From: Minisyncoccota bacterium
GTDB taxonomy: Bacteria > Patescibacteriota > Minisyncoccia > JAHIHE01 > JAGLIN01
Length of the DNA: 64,000 nucleotides
Assembly: GCA_041661265.1 (NCBI GenBank)
Contig: JBAZUT010000001.1
Span: forward strand, 197,310 to 261,309
Direction: 5' to 3'
Positions 46,401-55,163 of the stretch are shown piece after piece. A program made the translations under genes and the position numbers. Under the pieces are notes generated by a model. That model did not search any database. It saw only the letters and a program-made list of their open reading frames with translations, and was not told the origin of the DNA. The first letter of the stretch is position 1. Every line of letters starts with the position of its first letter.

Positions 46401-49400
46401 CGTTCTGATCCGTACCGATCTCCTGTTCGCTCACGGAAGTAAGTTTCCTTTCCCAATTGTTATAATATCCTCCATCGACTTCCTGCCTCTTGTTCTGCAC
46501 CCATTCCACTTTGCTCACTTTCAATTTCACGCCGCCGATCTGGACATTCTTTCCCATGGTATCCACCGATTTCACTTTCACATCGAATCTCTGATTCTTT
46601 CCCACAAAATAGTCGCTCGCACTTATTCCGAGATAGAAGTCCCCTTTATGCACAATGAAAGATTTCTGGCTCGAAACGGACTGGCCGTTCCTGTTCTTCA
46701 CCGTGATATACGCAACGATTATTTTGCTTTTCGTATTTTTTTCGTCCTTGAAGATCTTCTCAAGGTCCAGATTGTAGGATATCTTCGCTTTTCCGGCCTG
46801 ATCCAAGCTGGCCTTGCTTCGAAGGATGAATTTGTTGCCATAACTGCAATCCCAGTAGCAATAATACCAGGGCATGCCGAAGTTGAAATATTCATCCTGA
46901 TATCTGTCGAAATAGTAATCTTGGCTGGCAAGCTCATATTCAACCTCCCCTCCTTCAAGGGGAGCGCCAAAATAATAACTGGCATCAATGTTCAGATTCA
47001 TCGTATCCTTAGAGACATATTCCTCTTTGTCGCTTATCACGTCAACTTTGAACGGAGCCGGAACATATTCCTCCACGTCGAAAAAGGCGCTGCTCCCCTT
47101 GGCGTCCATCCTATAAGTTCCGAGCGGAGATTTTTCATCAAGTATGATCTTCGTATTGAACGTTCCAAAATCATTTACATCCAGGTCCTGGTTGAATATT
47201 TCCTCGCCTTTGCTGTTATAGATCTTGAAAGGCATCTTGCTGTCTTTGATTATCTCATAATTCGCGTCATAACCCAGCCTGTAAAGCCCTTTGATGTTCA
47301 CCTCGTCCAGCGGTTTATAGATGGGCCGATCGGTATACATATATATTTTCTGCGACTGCATGGCGGTCGAACCATATTGGAATTTGTCATAGGAGCTCGT
47401 TCCGGTTATGACAGTACTGTCACTTCCCTTTGTCACAATGGCTCCACTGAGGTTGCTTACAGCTCCCATTTCCGCAATTCCCTGGCCGTTCGTCACAAAT
47501 GAACTTTCTTTCTTCAGGGCCAAATTATTGATCTGAGAATACAACTGGATATTTGCGCCCTCGATCGCTCCAAGCGTTTTCATATCAGTCACCCAATAGA
47601 CATTCTTGAGCCCCTTCTTCTGATCGTCCGTAAGATCGCTGTTGCTGTAATAGTTTCCGGAATCAACCTCAACCTTCTTTTCCACTATGCCCATATTGGT
47701 GACGGAGAGGTATGTTCTTTCATAGACCATCCTGTTCTCTCCCCATCTTTCCCTGTATTTCGGATTTGAGAAGGTCAGGATATAATGTCCCATAGGATCT
47801 GAGACATAATCGCCAAGGTCGATCTTGAAATAGTTCTTTATCCAATATTTTTTGGGCAGGGTTATCTTCTTGTTTATGCTGTCATCGCAGATGGATCCTG
47901 GAGTGGGGCTCGTGTAATTTAGACCATGTCCGGACATATGATCAAGAATGGTTTCCGCGCTTATTTCGCAGATATTCATATCCACATAGTCCATATTCTC
48001 AACGGCATATGTGAGCTTCGTTTTGTCGGGAGTTGTCACATTGTGATTCTGCTGATAATGGAAAAAATTCAGATAATCTTCGGGAATCGGTCCTGTTTTG
48101 AAATTTCTTTTCACGACCGTTTCGCGCGAGAAATTATCAACTGCCTTGATCTCGACCGAATAATCGGTTTCCGGCATGAGGCGATATCCGATCCTCGTTT
48201 CAAACTCCCCCGCCTTGCAGATGTAATAACCCCAATTCTGCTCAGGAACAAGAACAGGATTCTGCCAATTCCGGAATTCATATTCAGGAGAGATATTCAG
48301 ATATGAAGCCGCATCTGCGGCGCTTACGGAATTGATGGGACTGTTGGCGCAGATCACAAATTCGTTAAGGCTTGTTCCATTGGCCCAATCACCGGGCACC
48401 GTGCTCAGGACCCTGAGATCAGGAATGACATTTATGTCTTCGATGATCGGAGAATTATTCAGAACAAGGCCGCTTGTGTTCTTCACTGCGTTCAGATATA
48501 TTTTCAACACATCATAATTCTTTATATTCGCAGAATCGAAAGTGAAATATATTTTTTTCAGGTCTGTCTCTTTTTCGCAATCCTGGCCGGAATCAGCAAG
48601 CGCCTGATCAGCGTCCTCTTTGCACTTTTCGCCATAATTCATACTGATCTTTTTGTCGGCATCGATGACGCTGTTGGTCAGGTCGATATCTTCATAGAAC
48701 TCGATCCAGAGCTTTCCCTGCGAATCGAAAAATGTCGGGGTTGTGAAACTTGACCTGTCGGATGTGGCGCTGATGCCGCTTATTATATCCGTGACCTGGA
48801 TGACAGCTTCCCTCGGCTCTTCAAGATTTATATCTCCTTCCTGGGGATAGGCGCGCGCGATCGACACCCGATAGGAATTTTTGAAATCCCAAAGCTTTTC
48901 GCGTCCGAACTGGTCAAACTTGTTGTACACGAATACCCTCGATTGATTGATCACGCGATCGTATTTTTTCGTCTCTTTATTATAGACATTGTCATATCCG
49001 TATTCAGCGATGAATTCCGCCTCTTTGTTGTCGGTTAGATCCATGACCTTTATTTCCGCTGCCGTCCTCGCGAGATCGACCGGCTGATTGAAATCTATGG
49101 ACACGGGATCGCTATAGACCGTAATCCCCTCGGAGATCCCGTTATACCTCAATACTCTGGTCTTGAACTGACTCTCAAAGCCTTCGATGTTTAAACCGTC
49201 CAGCGAATAAAATTCCGGCCTGACCTTTACATCATAATTTGATGAGCGAACGAGCCTCTCCGTCGGAATGAATTGCAACGTCCTTGTCCCGATCCATTTG
49301 AACTTTCCTTCGGTCTTCGGAGTTATCTCGATCGGAATATCGAAACTTTCAAGAACATCGAGTGTTGTGATCGGAACCATTGGTCTGTTGAACATCACGG

Positions 49401-49902
49401 TAATTTCCGACTCTTCATTGGTCTCGGAATCTTTTTTGGGGAATACGGTCAAAACCTTCGGATCATCCACGACCAGGAAATCGCTTCCTATCGTTTTTCC
49501 GTCTATCTTCATCAGAACCGAATAATACCTCCCGAGCCTCATTTCGGATCTTTCCGGACTGAATACGATCTTATCGGGGCTTCCGCTCTCGATCCAAATT
49601 CCTTTCACCGCCGGAAATATTTCGACGCTTTTTTGCGCCTCTTCCTTCGTAACTTTCAGATTCGGCGGAAGGTTAATGGCAATATTCGCGCTCTGGGATA
49701 TCTTGTCGCTGGTCAAAGCGAATATATTGGCATACTCCACTTTGGGAATAGAATAACCCGATTCCGGTTTTCCGCGCAACAAAAAAAGCGCTCCGGCGAT
49801 CGTGATGACAAACAGCGCCATCAGGATCGCAAAAGCCCTTTTCCTGCTTTTATTTTTTCCTGATAAAAAACTTTTAAAACCTGCGAACAAATCAATGTTC
49901 AT
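43453..49902 (-). CDS. bacterial alpha-2-macroglobulin with N-terminal Ig-like domains
   Basis: YTDRPIYKP, FDVEEY, DTAFW, LPDNLTSW, thioester motif YPYGCSEQ, WGST, MYFPE. Confidence 0.93.
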   Translation of the reverse strand: MNIDLFAGFKSFLSGKNKSRKRAFAILMALFVITIAGALFLLRGKPESGYSIPKVEYANIFALTSDKISQSANIAINLPPNLKVTKEEAQKSVEIFPAVKGIWIESGSPDKIVFSPERSEMRLGRYYSVLMKIDGKTIGSDFLVVDDPKVLTVFPKKDSETNEESEITVMFNRPMVPITTLDVLESFDIPIEITPKTEGKFKWIGTRTLQFIPTERLVRSSNYDVKVRPEFYSLDGLNIEGFESQFKTRVLRYNGISEGITVYSDPVSIDFNQPVDLARTAAEIKVMDLTDNKEAEFIAEYGYDNVYNKETKKYDRVINQSRVFVYNKFDQFGREKLWDFKNSYRVSIARAYPQEGDINLEEPREAVIQVTDIISGISATSDRSSFTTPTFFDSQGKLWIEFYEDIDLTNSVIDADKKISMNYGEKCKEDADQALADSGQDCEKETDLKKIYFTFDSANIKNYDVLKIYLNAVKNTSGLVLNNSPIIEDINVIPDLRVLSTVPGDWANGTSLNEFVICANSPINSVSAADAASYLNISPEYEFRNWQNPVLVPEQNWGYYICKAGEFETRIGYRLMPETDYSVEIKAVDNFSRETVVKRNFKTGPIPEDYLNFFHYQQNHNVTTPDKTKLTYAVENMDYVDMNICEISAETILDHMSGHGLNYTSPTPGSICDDSINKKITLPKKYWIKNYFKIDLGDYVSDPMGHYILTFSNPKYRERWGENRMVYERTYLSVTNMGIVEKKVEVDSGNYYSNSDLTDDQKKGLKNVYWVTDMKTLGAIEGANIQLYSQINNLALKKESSFVTNGQGIAEMGAVSNLSGAIVTKGSDSTVITGTSSYDKFQYGSTAMQSQKIYMYTDRPIYKPLDEVNIKGLYRLGYDANYEIIKDSKMPFKIYNSKGEEIFNQDLDVNDFGTFNTKIILDEKSPLGTYRMDAKGSSAFFDVEEYVPAPFKVDVISDKEEYVSKDTMNLNIDASYYFGAPLEGGEVEYELASQDYYFDRYQDEYFNFGMPWYYCYWDCSYGNKFILRSKASLDQAGKAKISYNLDLEKIFKDEKNTKSKIIVAYITVKNRNGQSVSSQKSFIVHKGDFYLGISASDYFVGKNQRFDVKVKSVDTMGKNVQIGGVKLKVSKVEWVQNKRQEVDGGYYNNWERKLTSVSEQEIGTDQNGNWKDSLSLAEEGEYELTVSGQDAKGNSIESNYNMYVYGEAQVDVRVSNDNALEMITAKNSLKVGDQGEIVIKSPYERAKVLISIERGKIFDYKIIDVNQNLFDYKFDILPEYIPNFFVTAILISPDPEVRFAKLDFQVDTEKKELDISAKTNKTEYLPGEEVTIDFESKDFEGRPAETEFSVSVADLSVLALKGNPKKNPVVFFYGGFPLTISTSSSMKDILYEVNVPGETKGGGGGEPEDLAKKKRGEFKDTAFWQAVVVTDADGKAQVKFKLPDNLTSWQVESIGITKDTKLGVGYSEFTSRKDLMVVPLKPRFAIPGDEFMIGAKIFNQTNNALDLSVSFSSETLALKNDQSVKDITLAAKESNTIYFNVAASSDKQDGTHTFTLAAKSKDYEDTVENTIKVARNETYEATATSGYSKDPEVFEFSYLPDNVVKDRGEMTIKTSATLAVFISDALNYLLGYPYGCSEQVASKLDSIAVVKRGLNLKNIGDKFNLKNIEFDQREYTVDEVVDIGLSRLYLNQKGDGSFGYYPDSLPNVYLTLHVASTIKSLKDAGYAVNEDSLRRSFNYINNKVSYDTDLQKDRDFMILAFGTLTKLSDYGKISDNLTSYIKAINNDDKYLNEEISNTSLVTLASILVENEAAFGKNYKAKVFNILENRIDIDSRGAFLPPAKNVTWQYYATPIKDTAMLLKVLVEDKKDNEILDRLMRWLLRSRSKDGAWGSTNNTLSVIDAFTDYINWQKENESNFDLTILLDGVEKQSFGYTPETVLSQNSLEVPVGEMKFGSIGSILFRKKDNNELNNNFYYDISLKYFLPINQIPPRDEGFTIERDFFAIDDKKNENPIKEAKVGDVLRGHIKLLVPAQRNFVSVEDFIPAGTELVNFNLATEDQSLIAEDGNNNRDNYWWDYYNDGKLHPDMVEYRNDRLFLFTEGLSEGEYEYDYYVRVLVPGKFHHLPAVVSEMYFPENFGRTRGDYFEIK

Positions 49903-50103
49903 ATGTTTATTTTAGGGTGTTTATATATATTTATTATACAATAAATCCCCTGAATTGATAAGTTTTCAATGTGGACAAAACTTTGATATTTTTTCCATGG
50001 AACGACTATCCGGATCATAATTTTTGATATTTAGATATAATATGTTAAATTATTTATGTGGACACTGTATCAACGTCTCAGATAATTCTTAATATAAGAA
50101 TTC

Positions 50104-50712
50104 ATGCCAAAGAATATAGAACTTGAGATCAGGGCCATTGTCGAAAAGAAAGATTTCGGCGAGAGGCTGAAAAAACTTAAAGGCCGAGGAAAACTGGCTT
50201 CCAAGACGAACAGGCTGACAGTCGCCTTTTATGGAACATGCGAAAAAAATAATTTTGCCATAAGCATCAGGGTCACTGACGGAAAATCGGAAGTGGTCAT
50301 AAAAAAGGGAGACTTCCACACTCACAACCGCACAGAATATTCCCAAAAGATCCCAAATGGCAGATTCATTGAAATGGTCAGGATATTCTCTCAGCTTGAT
50401 TTCTATGGAAAAGTGTTCGAAAGGACCACATATAACTATCGGTTTCCGGGAAATATCACGGTTTCGCTCGTGACGGTCAGCGATTATTCCTATATCGAGA
50501 TCGAAAAAATGACGGACAGAAAAAATGAAAAGAAAGTTAAACTGGAACTCATGAAAGTTGCCGGTGGACTCGGGCTTAAGATAATAAAGACAAAGAAAGC
50601 ATATTACGACTATTGCGATATGCTCACGGAAAAAGTAGATTGGAGATTCTTCGGAACGAAAAAGGATTTTGCGAAATTGGAACGGATTTTGAGACAAAAG
50701 GTGGCTAAATAA
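50104..50712 (+). CDS. CYTH/triphosphate tunnel metalloenzyme family protein
   Basis: N-terminal IELEIR (ExExK-like), SIRVT..KSEVVIK, YIEIE. Confidence 0.75.
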   Translation: MPKNIELEIRAIVEKKDFGERLKKLKGRGKLASKTNRLTVAFYGTCEKNNFAISIRVTDGKSEVVIKKGDFHTHNRTEYSQKIPNGRFIEMVRIFSQLDFYGKVFERTTYNYRFPGNITVSLVTVSDYSYIEIEKMTDRKNEKKVKLELMKVAGGLGLKIIKTKKAYYDYCDMLTEKVDWRFFGTKKDFAKLERILRQKVAK

Positions 50713-51030
50713 ATTCTTTTTTGAGTAGCGTGAAATATTTAACTCCTTCCTATTTACTGGAGGCTAGGTAGTGTACAAATCGCAGTCAACTGCTCTGGGT
50801 GTCCGAACACAAACAACGCAAAAAGTTATTGCCGCACATCCTTAAAACAAGATCAGGATTAAATTCAACTTTTATGCCCATAGCTGTTATTTAGTGATTG
50901 ATGAATTTGAGTAAATGCACACCTGCCTTTCTCTCCCCTTTTGTAATCAAAGGGGGAGAAAAAAGAGATAATTTTAATTCCACCCTTCAAAAGATAAAAA
51001 CCGCTCGATCAAGCAGTTTCGTGATAGATA

Positions 51031-51639
51031 CTATGATAAGTTCTTGAATAACCCATTAAGCTCTTTCTCTGAATATCTTAGATAGTATTCGAAACATTCC
51101 TCCTCGCTTGTCGAATTTACCGGTTTCGCATTCCCGCATAATCCGAATATATCATTCAGCGGATACTTCCCTTCAATCCTTTTTACAGCCTGTGAACTGC
51201 CAAGAAACCTGAATGGTATCTTGGTTATACAAGTTCTGCTTTTTTTAGGACTCAGAACATTCAAAGCGAATGCCCTGGCAAGTTGAACGGTATCCCCGAC
51301 CGAAATCAATTTTCCCGAAAGGATCGAGCCTGTCAGTTCCTTGGAATGACTGCTCGCCCTTTTCTTTCCGGGAAGAATCAATCCGTCATCAATTCCAAGA
51401 ACCGCAATTATATTTGGGATTTTCTTTTTTATGACGATCTTTTCAAAAAAGTCCGCTTTCTGTTTTGCCCTATTGACGATCGTCCCCTTCTCCTTCACAT
51501 CTTCGATGACATTAAGATCATATAGACTAGAATATTTATATTTATTCAATCCGAGCCGAGTTAATATTCCCGACACGATTTCGAATTTATCCCTATTCCT
51601 TGTCGCGATCAATATGGTTTTATGTTTTTCCATATCCAA
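51031..51639 (-). CDS. Ham1/ITPase-like non-canonical purine NTP pyrophosphatase (divergent)
   Basis: ILIATRNRDK, VKEKG...RAKQKA, LGIDDGL; C-terminal SHR motif not seen. Confidence 0.7.
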   Translation of the reverse strand: MDMEKHKTILIATRNRDKFEIVSGILTRLGLNKYKYSSLYDLNVIEDVKEKGTIVNRAKQKADFFEKIVIKKKIPNIIAVLGIDDGLILPGKKRASSHSKELTGSILSGKLISVGDTVQLARAFALNVLSPKKSRTCITKIPFRFLGSSQAVKRIEGKYPLNDIFGLCGNAKPVNSTSEEECFEYYLRYSEKELNGLFKNLS

Positions 51640-52030
51640 ATATTTTATCTATAAACTTCTCATCTTTGATTATTTTTTTGGACTTTATGTCCTCTTTTGA
51701 AAACCAGTGTATCTCGTGCTTTTCTGGCGAAGAAATAACTGGTTTTTCGTCCAATCCTTGGATGTAATTAAGAAAAACGCTGTGGCGCTTTTTATTTTTT
51801 GATATATAGTTCCAGACACTGAACAATTCGGGTTCTCCCTCGGGAGAATAAGCAAGCTCTTCCTCGAGCTCCCTTTTCAATGCCTCGAAGATCGATTCTC
51901 CCCACTCCATCCTTCCTCCCGGAAAATCAAACACTCCGTCGCCATGCTTCAGCATCAATATTTCATCTTTGCATTTAAATATGATCTTCACCGTAACATT
52001 TGGGTATTTTTTCATAGATGGCTTTATCAA
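51620..52030 (-). CDS. NUDIX hydrolase
   Basis: PGGRMEWGESIFEALKRELEEE Nudix box. Confidence 0.9.
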   Translation of the reverse strand: MIKPSMKKYPNVTVKIIFKCKDEILMLKHGDGVFDFPGGRMEWGESIFEALKRELEEELAYSPEGEPELFSVWNYISKNKKRHSVFLNYIQGLDEKPVISSPEKHEIHWFSKEDIKSKKIIKDEKFIDKIFGYGKT

Positions 52031-52043
52031 ATTTTTTTACCGC

Positions 52044-52376
52044 TTATCTGATTATTTCAATTTTAATATACTGCTCCTGAAATCTGGTTTTTGAAATTAT
52101 TTCTCCGTCTGTAATATTTTCCAGTTCTTCCGGTATAACGATCAGCTTATCGTCATCATCGTTGAGACGGTGAATTATCGCTATGCATTTTCCTTCGAAT
52201 TCTTTCACAGGTTCATCAACCCCAATGACATAAACATCCAGTTCTTCTCCATCTCCACTTATCGTATCCGGAATAAATCCATAATTCAACTCATATCTGA
52301 AACCATGCTTCGGATGCAAACTGTCCAACGGTCTGCCTATAACAACTTTAACGATGGTGTTCAAGTATTTTTTCAT
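52044..52376 (-). CDS. short family I inorganic pyrophosphatase
   Basis: NYGFIPDT, DGEELDVY, DDDKLIV. Confidence 0.88.
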   Translation of the reverse strand: MKKYLNTIVKVVIGRPLDSLHPKHGFRYELNYGFIPDTISGDGEELDVYVIGVDEPVKEFEGKCIAIIHRLNDDDDKLIVIPEELENITDGEIISKTRFQEQYIKIEIIR

Positions 52377-52385
52377 ATTCTTGAA

Positions 52386-52901
52386 TTACTCCAGACCTTT
52401 AAAAAACGGCAGACTCGCTTTTATCAATGGATAGCTCACTATCGATAATTTTTCGATCTGGTCGATCGTGAACAATCCCCGCTCAAAACACTCCTCGGCG
52501 GAACATTCGCAAGGCTCGCTGTCGGATATCGCAATGAAATGAGGATTATAGCTGATTGGAAACGGATACTCAAAGTTCCTGTCATTTTTAACTTTTTTCT
52601 TCGATGTGATCTTTCTGTATCCGAAAAGCTTGTATCGGTCCGCCGTGAATCCCCCCTCCTCAAGAGCTTCCCGCTTAAACGTTTCCTCAATGGTCTCACC
52701 TTTCTCAATGTGGCCTCCGAGAATTTCCCAGCCCCTATGATTTCTTGTAAGCACGATCTTGCCTTTATACATCGCAATACAGCATGCTGCGGGACAAAGC
52801 TCTGCCGGCGGCATATTTTCAGATAAATAAAACTCCCAGGAAGTGTTGTCATTCCAGCTTCCGGACAGGATCTTCTTTTCAATGTTTGGCTTGATTATCA
52901 T
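52386..52901 (-). CDS. NUDIX hydrolase
   Basis: GGHIEKGETIEETFKREALEEGG Nudix box. Confidence 0.9.
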   Translation of the reverse strand: MIIKPNIEKKILSGSWNDNTSWEFYLSENMPPAELCPAACCIAMYKGKIVLTRNHRGWEILGGHIEKGETIEETFKREALEEGGFTADRYKLFGYRKITSKKKVKNDRNFEYPFPISYNPHFIAISDSEPCECSAEECFERGLFTIDQIEKLSIVSYPLIKASLPFFKGLE

Positions 52902-52982
52902 ATATATTCAGAATATTCTTATATTAATATTATATCTTAATCCAAACAGTTTGATAAATCCATCGCATTGACGCTTTTTTAT

Positions 52983-53018
52983 AAGGAGCTTAGCTTCCTT
53001 CAGGAAGCTAAGCTCCTT
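52983..53018. repeat. perfect 17-bp inverted repeat (REP-like doublet)
   Basis: AAGGAGCTTAGCTTCCT-tc-AGGAAGCTAAGCTCCTT. Confidence 0.8.
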
Positions 53019-53087
53019 GTACTCAAAATTCTGCGCTTAATTCTTCGAAGAATCTTACGTTTTTAAAGAGTCTCTGCAGAGGTTTGT

Positions 53088-53408
53088 CTAGGCGAAAAGA
53101 CTCAATGGCCAACCGAACATAAAGCTTGATAACAGCCAGAGCCCGAATGCGATCAGGGAGATATCATTGGCATTTTTGGCTTTGACCGGAAAACTTTTTT
53201 TCCAGCCATAATAGAAAATAATTCCCGCCCACAGAGGATTCATTATCGCAAATGCATAGGCTTTCTTTTTTTCATCGCTCGTCAGTGGGTCTTGCGACAC
53301 CTGCCCAGCTTGCAATTTGACTTTTGTCTTTTTCATCAGGCCATACGAACCGACGATCGAGGTCAGGCCGCCTGCGATCATTATAAGATCAAGTATCGGA
53401 CTATTCAT
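53088..53408 (-). CDS. small membrane protein
   Basis: Three hydrophobic segments; YYGWKKSFPVKA. Confidence 0.7.
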   Translation of the reverse strand: MNSPILDLIMIAGGLTSIVGSYGLMKKTKVKLQAGQVSQDPLTSDEKKKAYAFAIMNPLWAGIIFYYGWKKSFPVKAKNANDISLIAFGLWLLSSFMFGWPLSLFA

Positions 53409-53550
53409 TTAATATATTTAAATTTTAATAAAAACATCTTCGACCTTTATATATAACCCATATCTATGCTTAGGATTTTTCATCTTTATTATACCACTGA
53501 TCGTTCGTTTTTATAAAAGATATTCAGGAGCCGATGATTTTATCCAAATA

Positions 53551-53686
53551 TTCCCCTCTTGAGAGCCTGCCTGCTCGCCTCGCTGTCAGCCTTAGGCGAA
53601 GCGGGCCGATATGCAGGGGATAAGAAATGTATAATACAAAATTACGCTAATCCAACACACCTCTAAATCTCCTCTCAAGAGGAGAC
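53551..53686. repeat. palindromic element with a nested GC-rich insert
   Basis: IR CCTCTTGAGAG (53555-53565)/CTCTCAAGAGG (53672-53682); insert CCTGC...GCAGG. Confidence 0.65.
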
Positions 53687-53762
53687 TTTTTAAAATTAGA
53701 TAAAAATCAGCAGACCTCATCTATAAAAAAATACCGCCTTGATTTCGCGGTTTTTGATTGTT

Positions 53763-54044
53763 TTATAATACCAGTGGAGAAAGCCTGTCCCTCACGACAT
53801 CCTGATGCAGGAACTCGGGAAGCGCGACACCGTTGACCACGGTGAAGATCGTCGCGCATTCATCCATAGTCTGCGGATTTGTAAGGTCCAGAAGCCTCAG
53901 GCATTCTTTTCCAAACTCGACTGCCTTGATGCTGTTTCCATTTCTCTTGGACTTCATGGCGATCACATAGGCCAATTCAGCTGCTTTCTTGGGGTTTTTG
54001 TCTTTCATTTTGTTATATCTTTTTTCGATCTGTCTGAGTCTCAA
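53763..54044 (-). CDS. hypothetical helical protein
   Basis: AAAGGAGG SD 8 nt before TTG at 54044. Confidence 0.65.
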   Translation of the reverse strand: MRLRQIEKRYNKMKDKNPKKAAELAYVIAMKSKRNGNSIKAVEFGKECLRLLDLTNPQTMDECATIFTVVNGVALPEFLHQDVVRDRLSPLVL

Positions 54045-54128
54045 TTCCAATGCCTCCTTTCTGTTTCCGATTCTTTATATAAATCTAGCAGAACCAAAGA
54101 CATTGTCAATAAAAAAAGAGATAATCTT

Positions 54129-54437
54129 TCAGGTGTTCCCGAATTTATTATCTCCGCGTCTGTTTTCTTTATATTCTTTTATCTTGGCTCTTATCCTCCG
54201 GATATTATTTTCCCCCGCTTTTATATTTTCGGACGTATCCGAATGTCTTCTCCGGCTTTCGAGGGACATCTTTTCCCACTTCAAGGCCAGATCGAGATCG
54301 CTCAGCTCCATATTCTCGAACCTTTCTTTTCCGGACCATTCTTCATATATTTCGGACATTCTGTGATAGGCGTCAGCAAGTTTTATACTCGCCGCATTAT
54401 ACGCTTCGTTCACCGGATCGATCTTCTTTCTCATCAA
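54129..54437 (-). CDS. hypothetical protein
   Basis: Charged helical ORF. Confidence 0.55.
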   Translation of the reverse strand: MMRKKIDPVNEAYNAASIKLADAYHRMSEIYEEWSGKERFENMELSDLDLALKWEKMSLESRRRHSDTSENIKAGENNIRRIRAKIKEYKENRRGDNKFGNT

Positions 54438-54654
54438 TAATCACTTCCTTTTTTTGTTTATAGTATAATCGATATTTTGCCGGCTGTTAATATCAATGGA
54501 CCCATTTCCATACAACTACAAAAAAAACGGCCGGATGCCGATTGTTCGGAATATCACCGCCTTGATCTTTCAGTCATATCGATCTAACGAAGATAATTGA
54601 CATTTTAATTTATATATACTATTCTTGTGGTTATCGTCAGGGAGGCAGAAATTA

Positions 54655-55068
54655 ATGGAGAACATAGAAGAATTGGAAATTCCAACTTGCATTCCAACTT
54701 TGGGAACAAAAAAAACCAGAAGGCTTAAGCGGCTTATAGAAAGAGCAAGGCATCTGAAACAAATGATCAAGTTTGGCCATGGAAGCGCAGGCAGTTTGGG
54801 CTATTACGAAGGAGAACTCGTGGCTCTCAGGTGGGTAATAGGATATATTCTCATCAAAGAGAACGTACTTGATGCGGAAGAAATGGGAACAAAAAAGGGA
54901 AAGAGACTTAAGCGGCTTAAGAGAAGGGCGAAATACTTGGAGCTAAAGATAGAGCATAATAGAGGAAGCGAAAACAGTTTGCGCTATGGCAGAGGAGAAC
55001 TTTCAGCTCTAAAGTGGGCAATTGAATATGTCTATACAAAAGAAAGCACGATTAGCGCAAGAGAATAA
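54655..55068 (+). CDS. basic protein made of two tandem ~61-aa repeats
   Basis: GTKKTRRLKRL...EGELVALRWVI and GTKKGKRLKRL...RGELSALKWAI; GGGAGG SD; terminator AGGCC/GGCCT plus T run. Confidence 0.75.
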   Translation: MENIEELEIPTCIPTLGTKKTRRLKRLIERARHLKQMIKFGHGSAGSLGYYEGELVALRWVIGYILIKENVLDAEEMGTKKGKRLKRLKRRAKYLELKIEHNRGSENSLRYGRGELSALKWAIEYVYTKESTISARE

Positions 55069-55163
55069 AACAGATCCATAATAACATATCAGTTAATAAG
55101 GCCGGCCTTTCGAGAAGGCCTTTTTTTAATATTTCAAAAACCTCAGCACCCTTCCCAGGACTG

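Noticed and set aside
46276-47502. 408-aa plus-strand ORF (and similar long antisense ORFs at 22448 and 56951)
   Set aside because: Antisense shadows of well-supported genes (A2M, holA, PBP1A)
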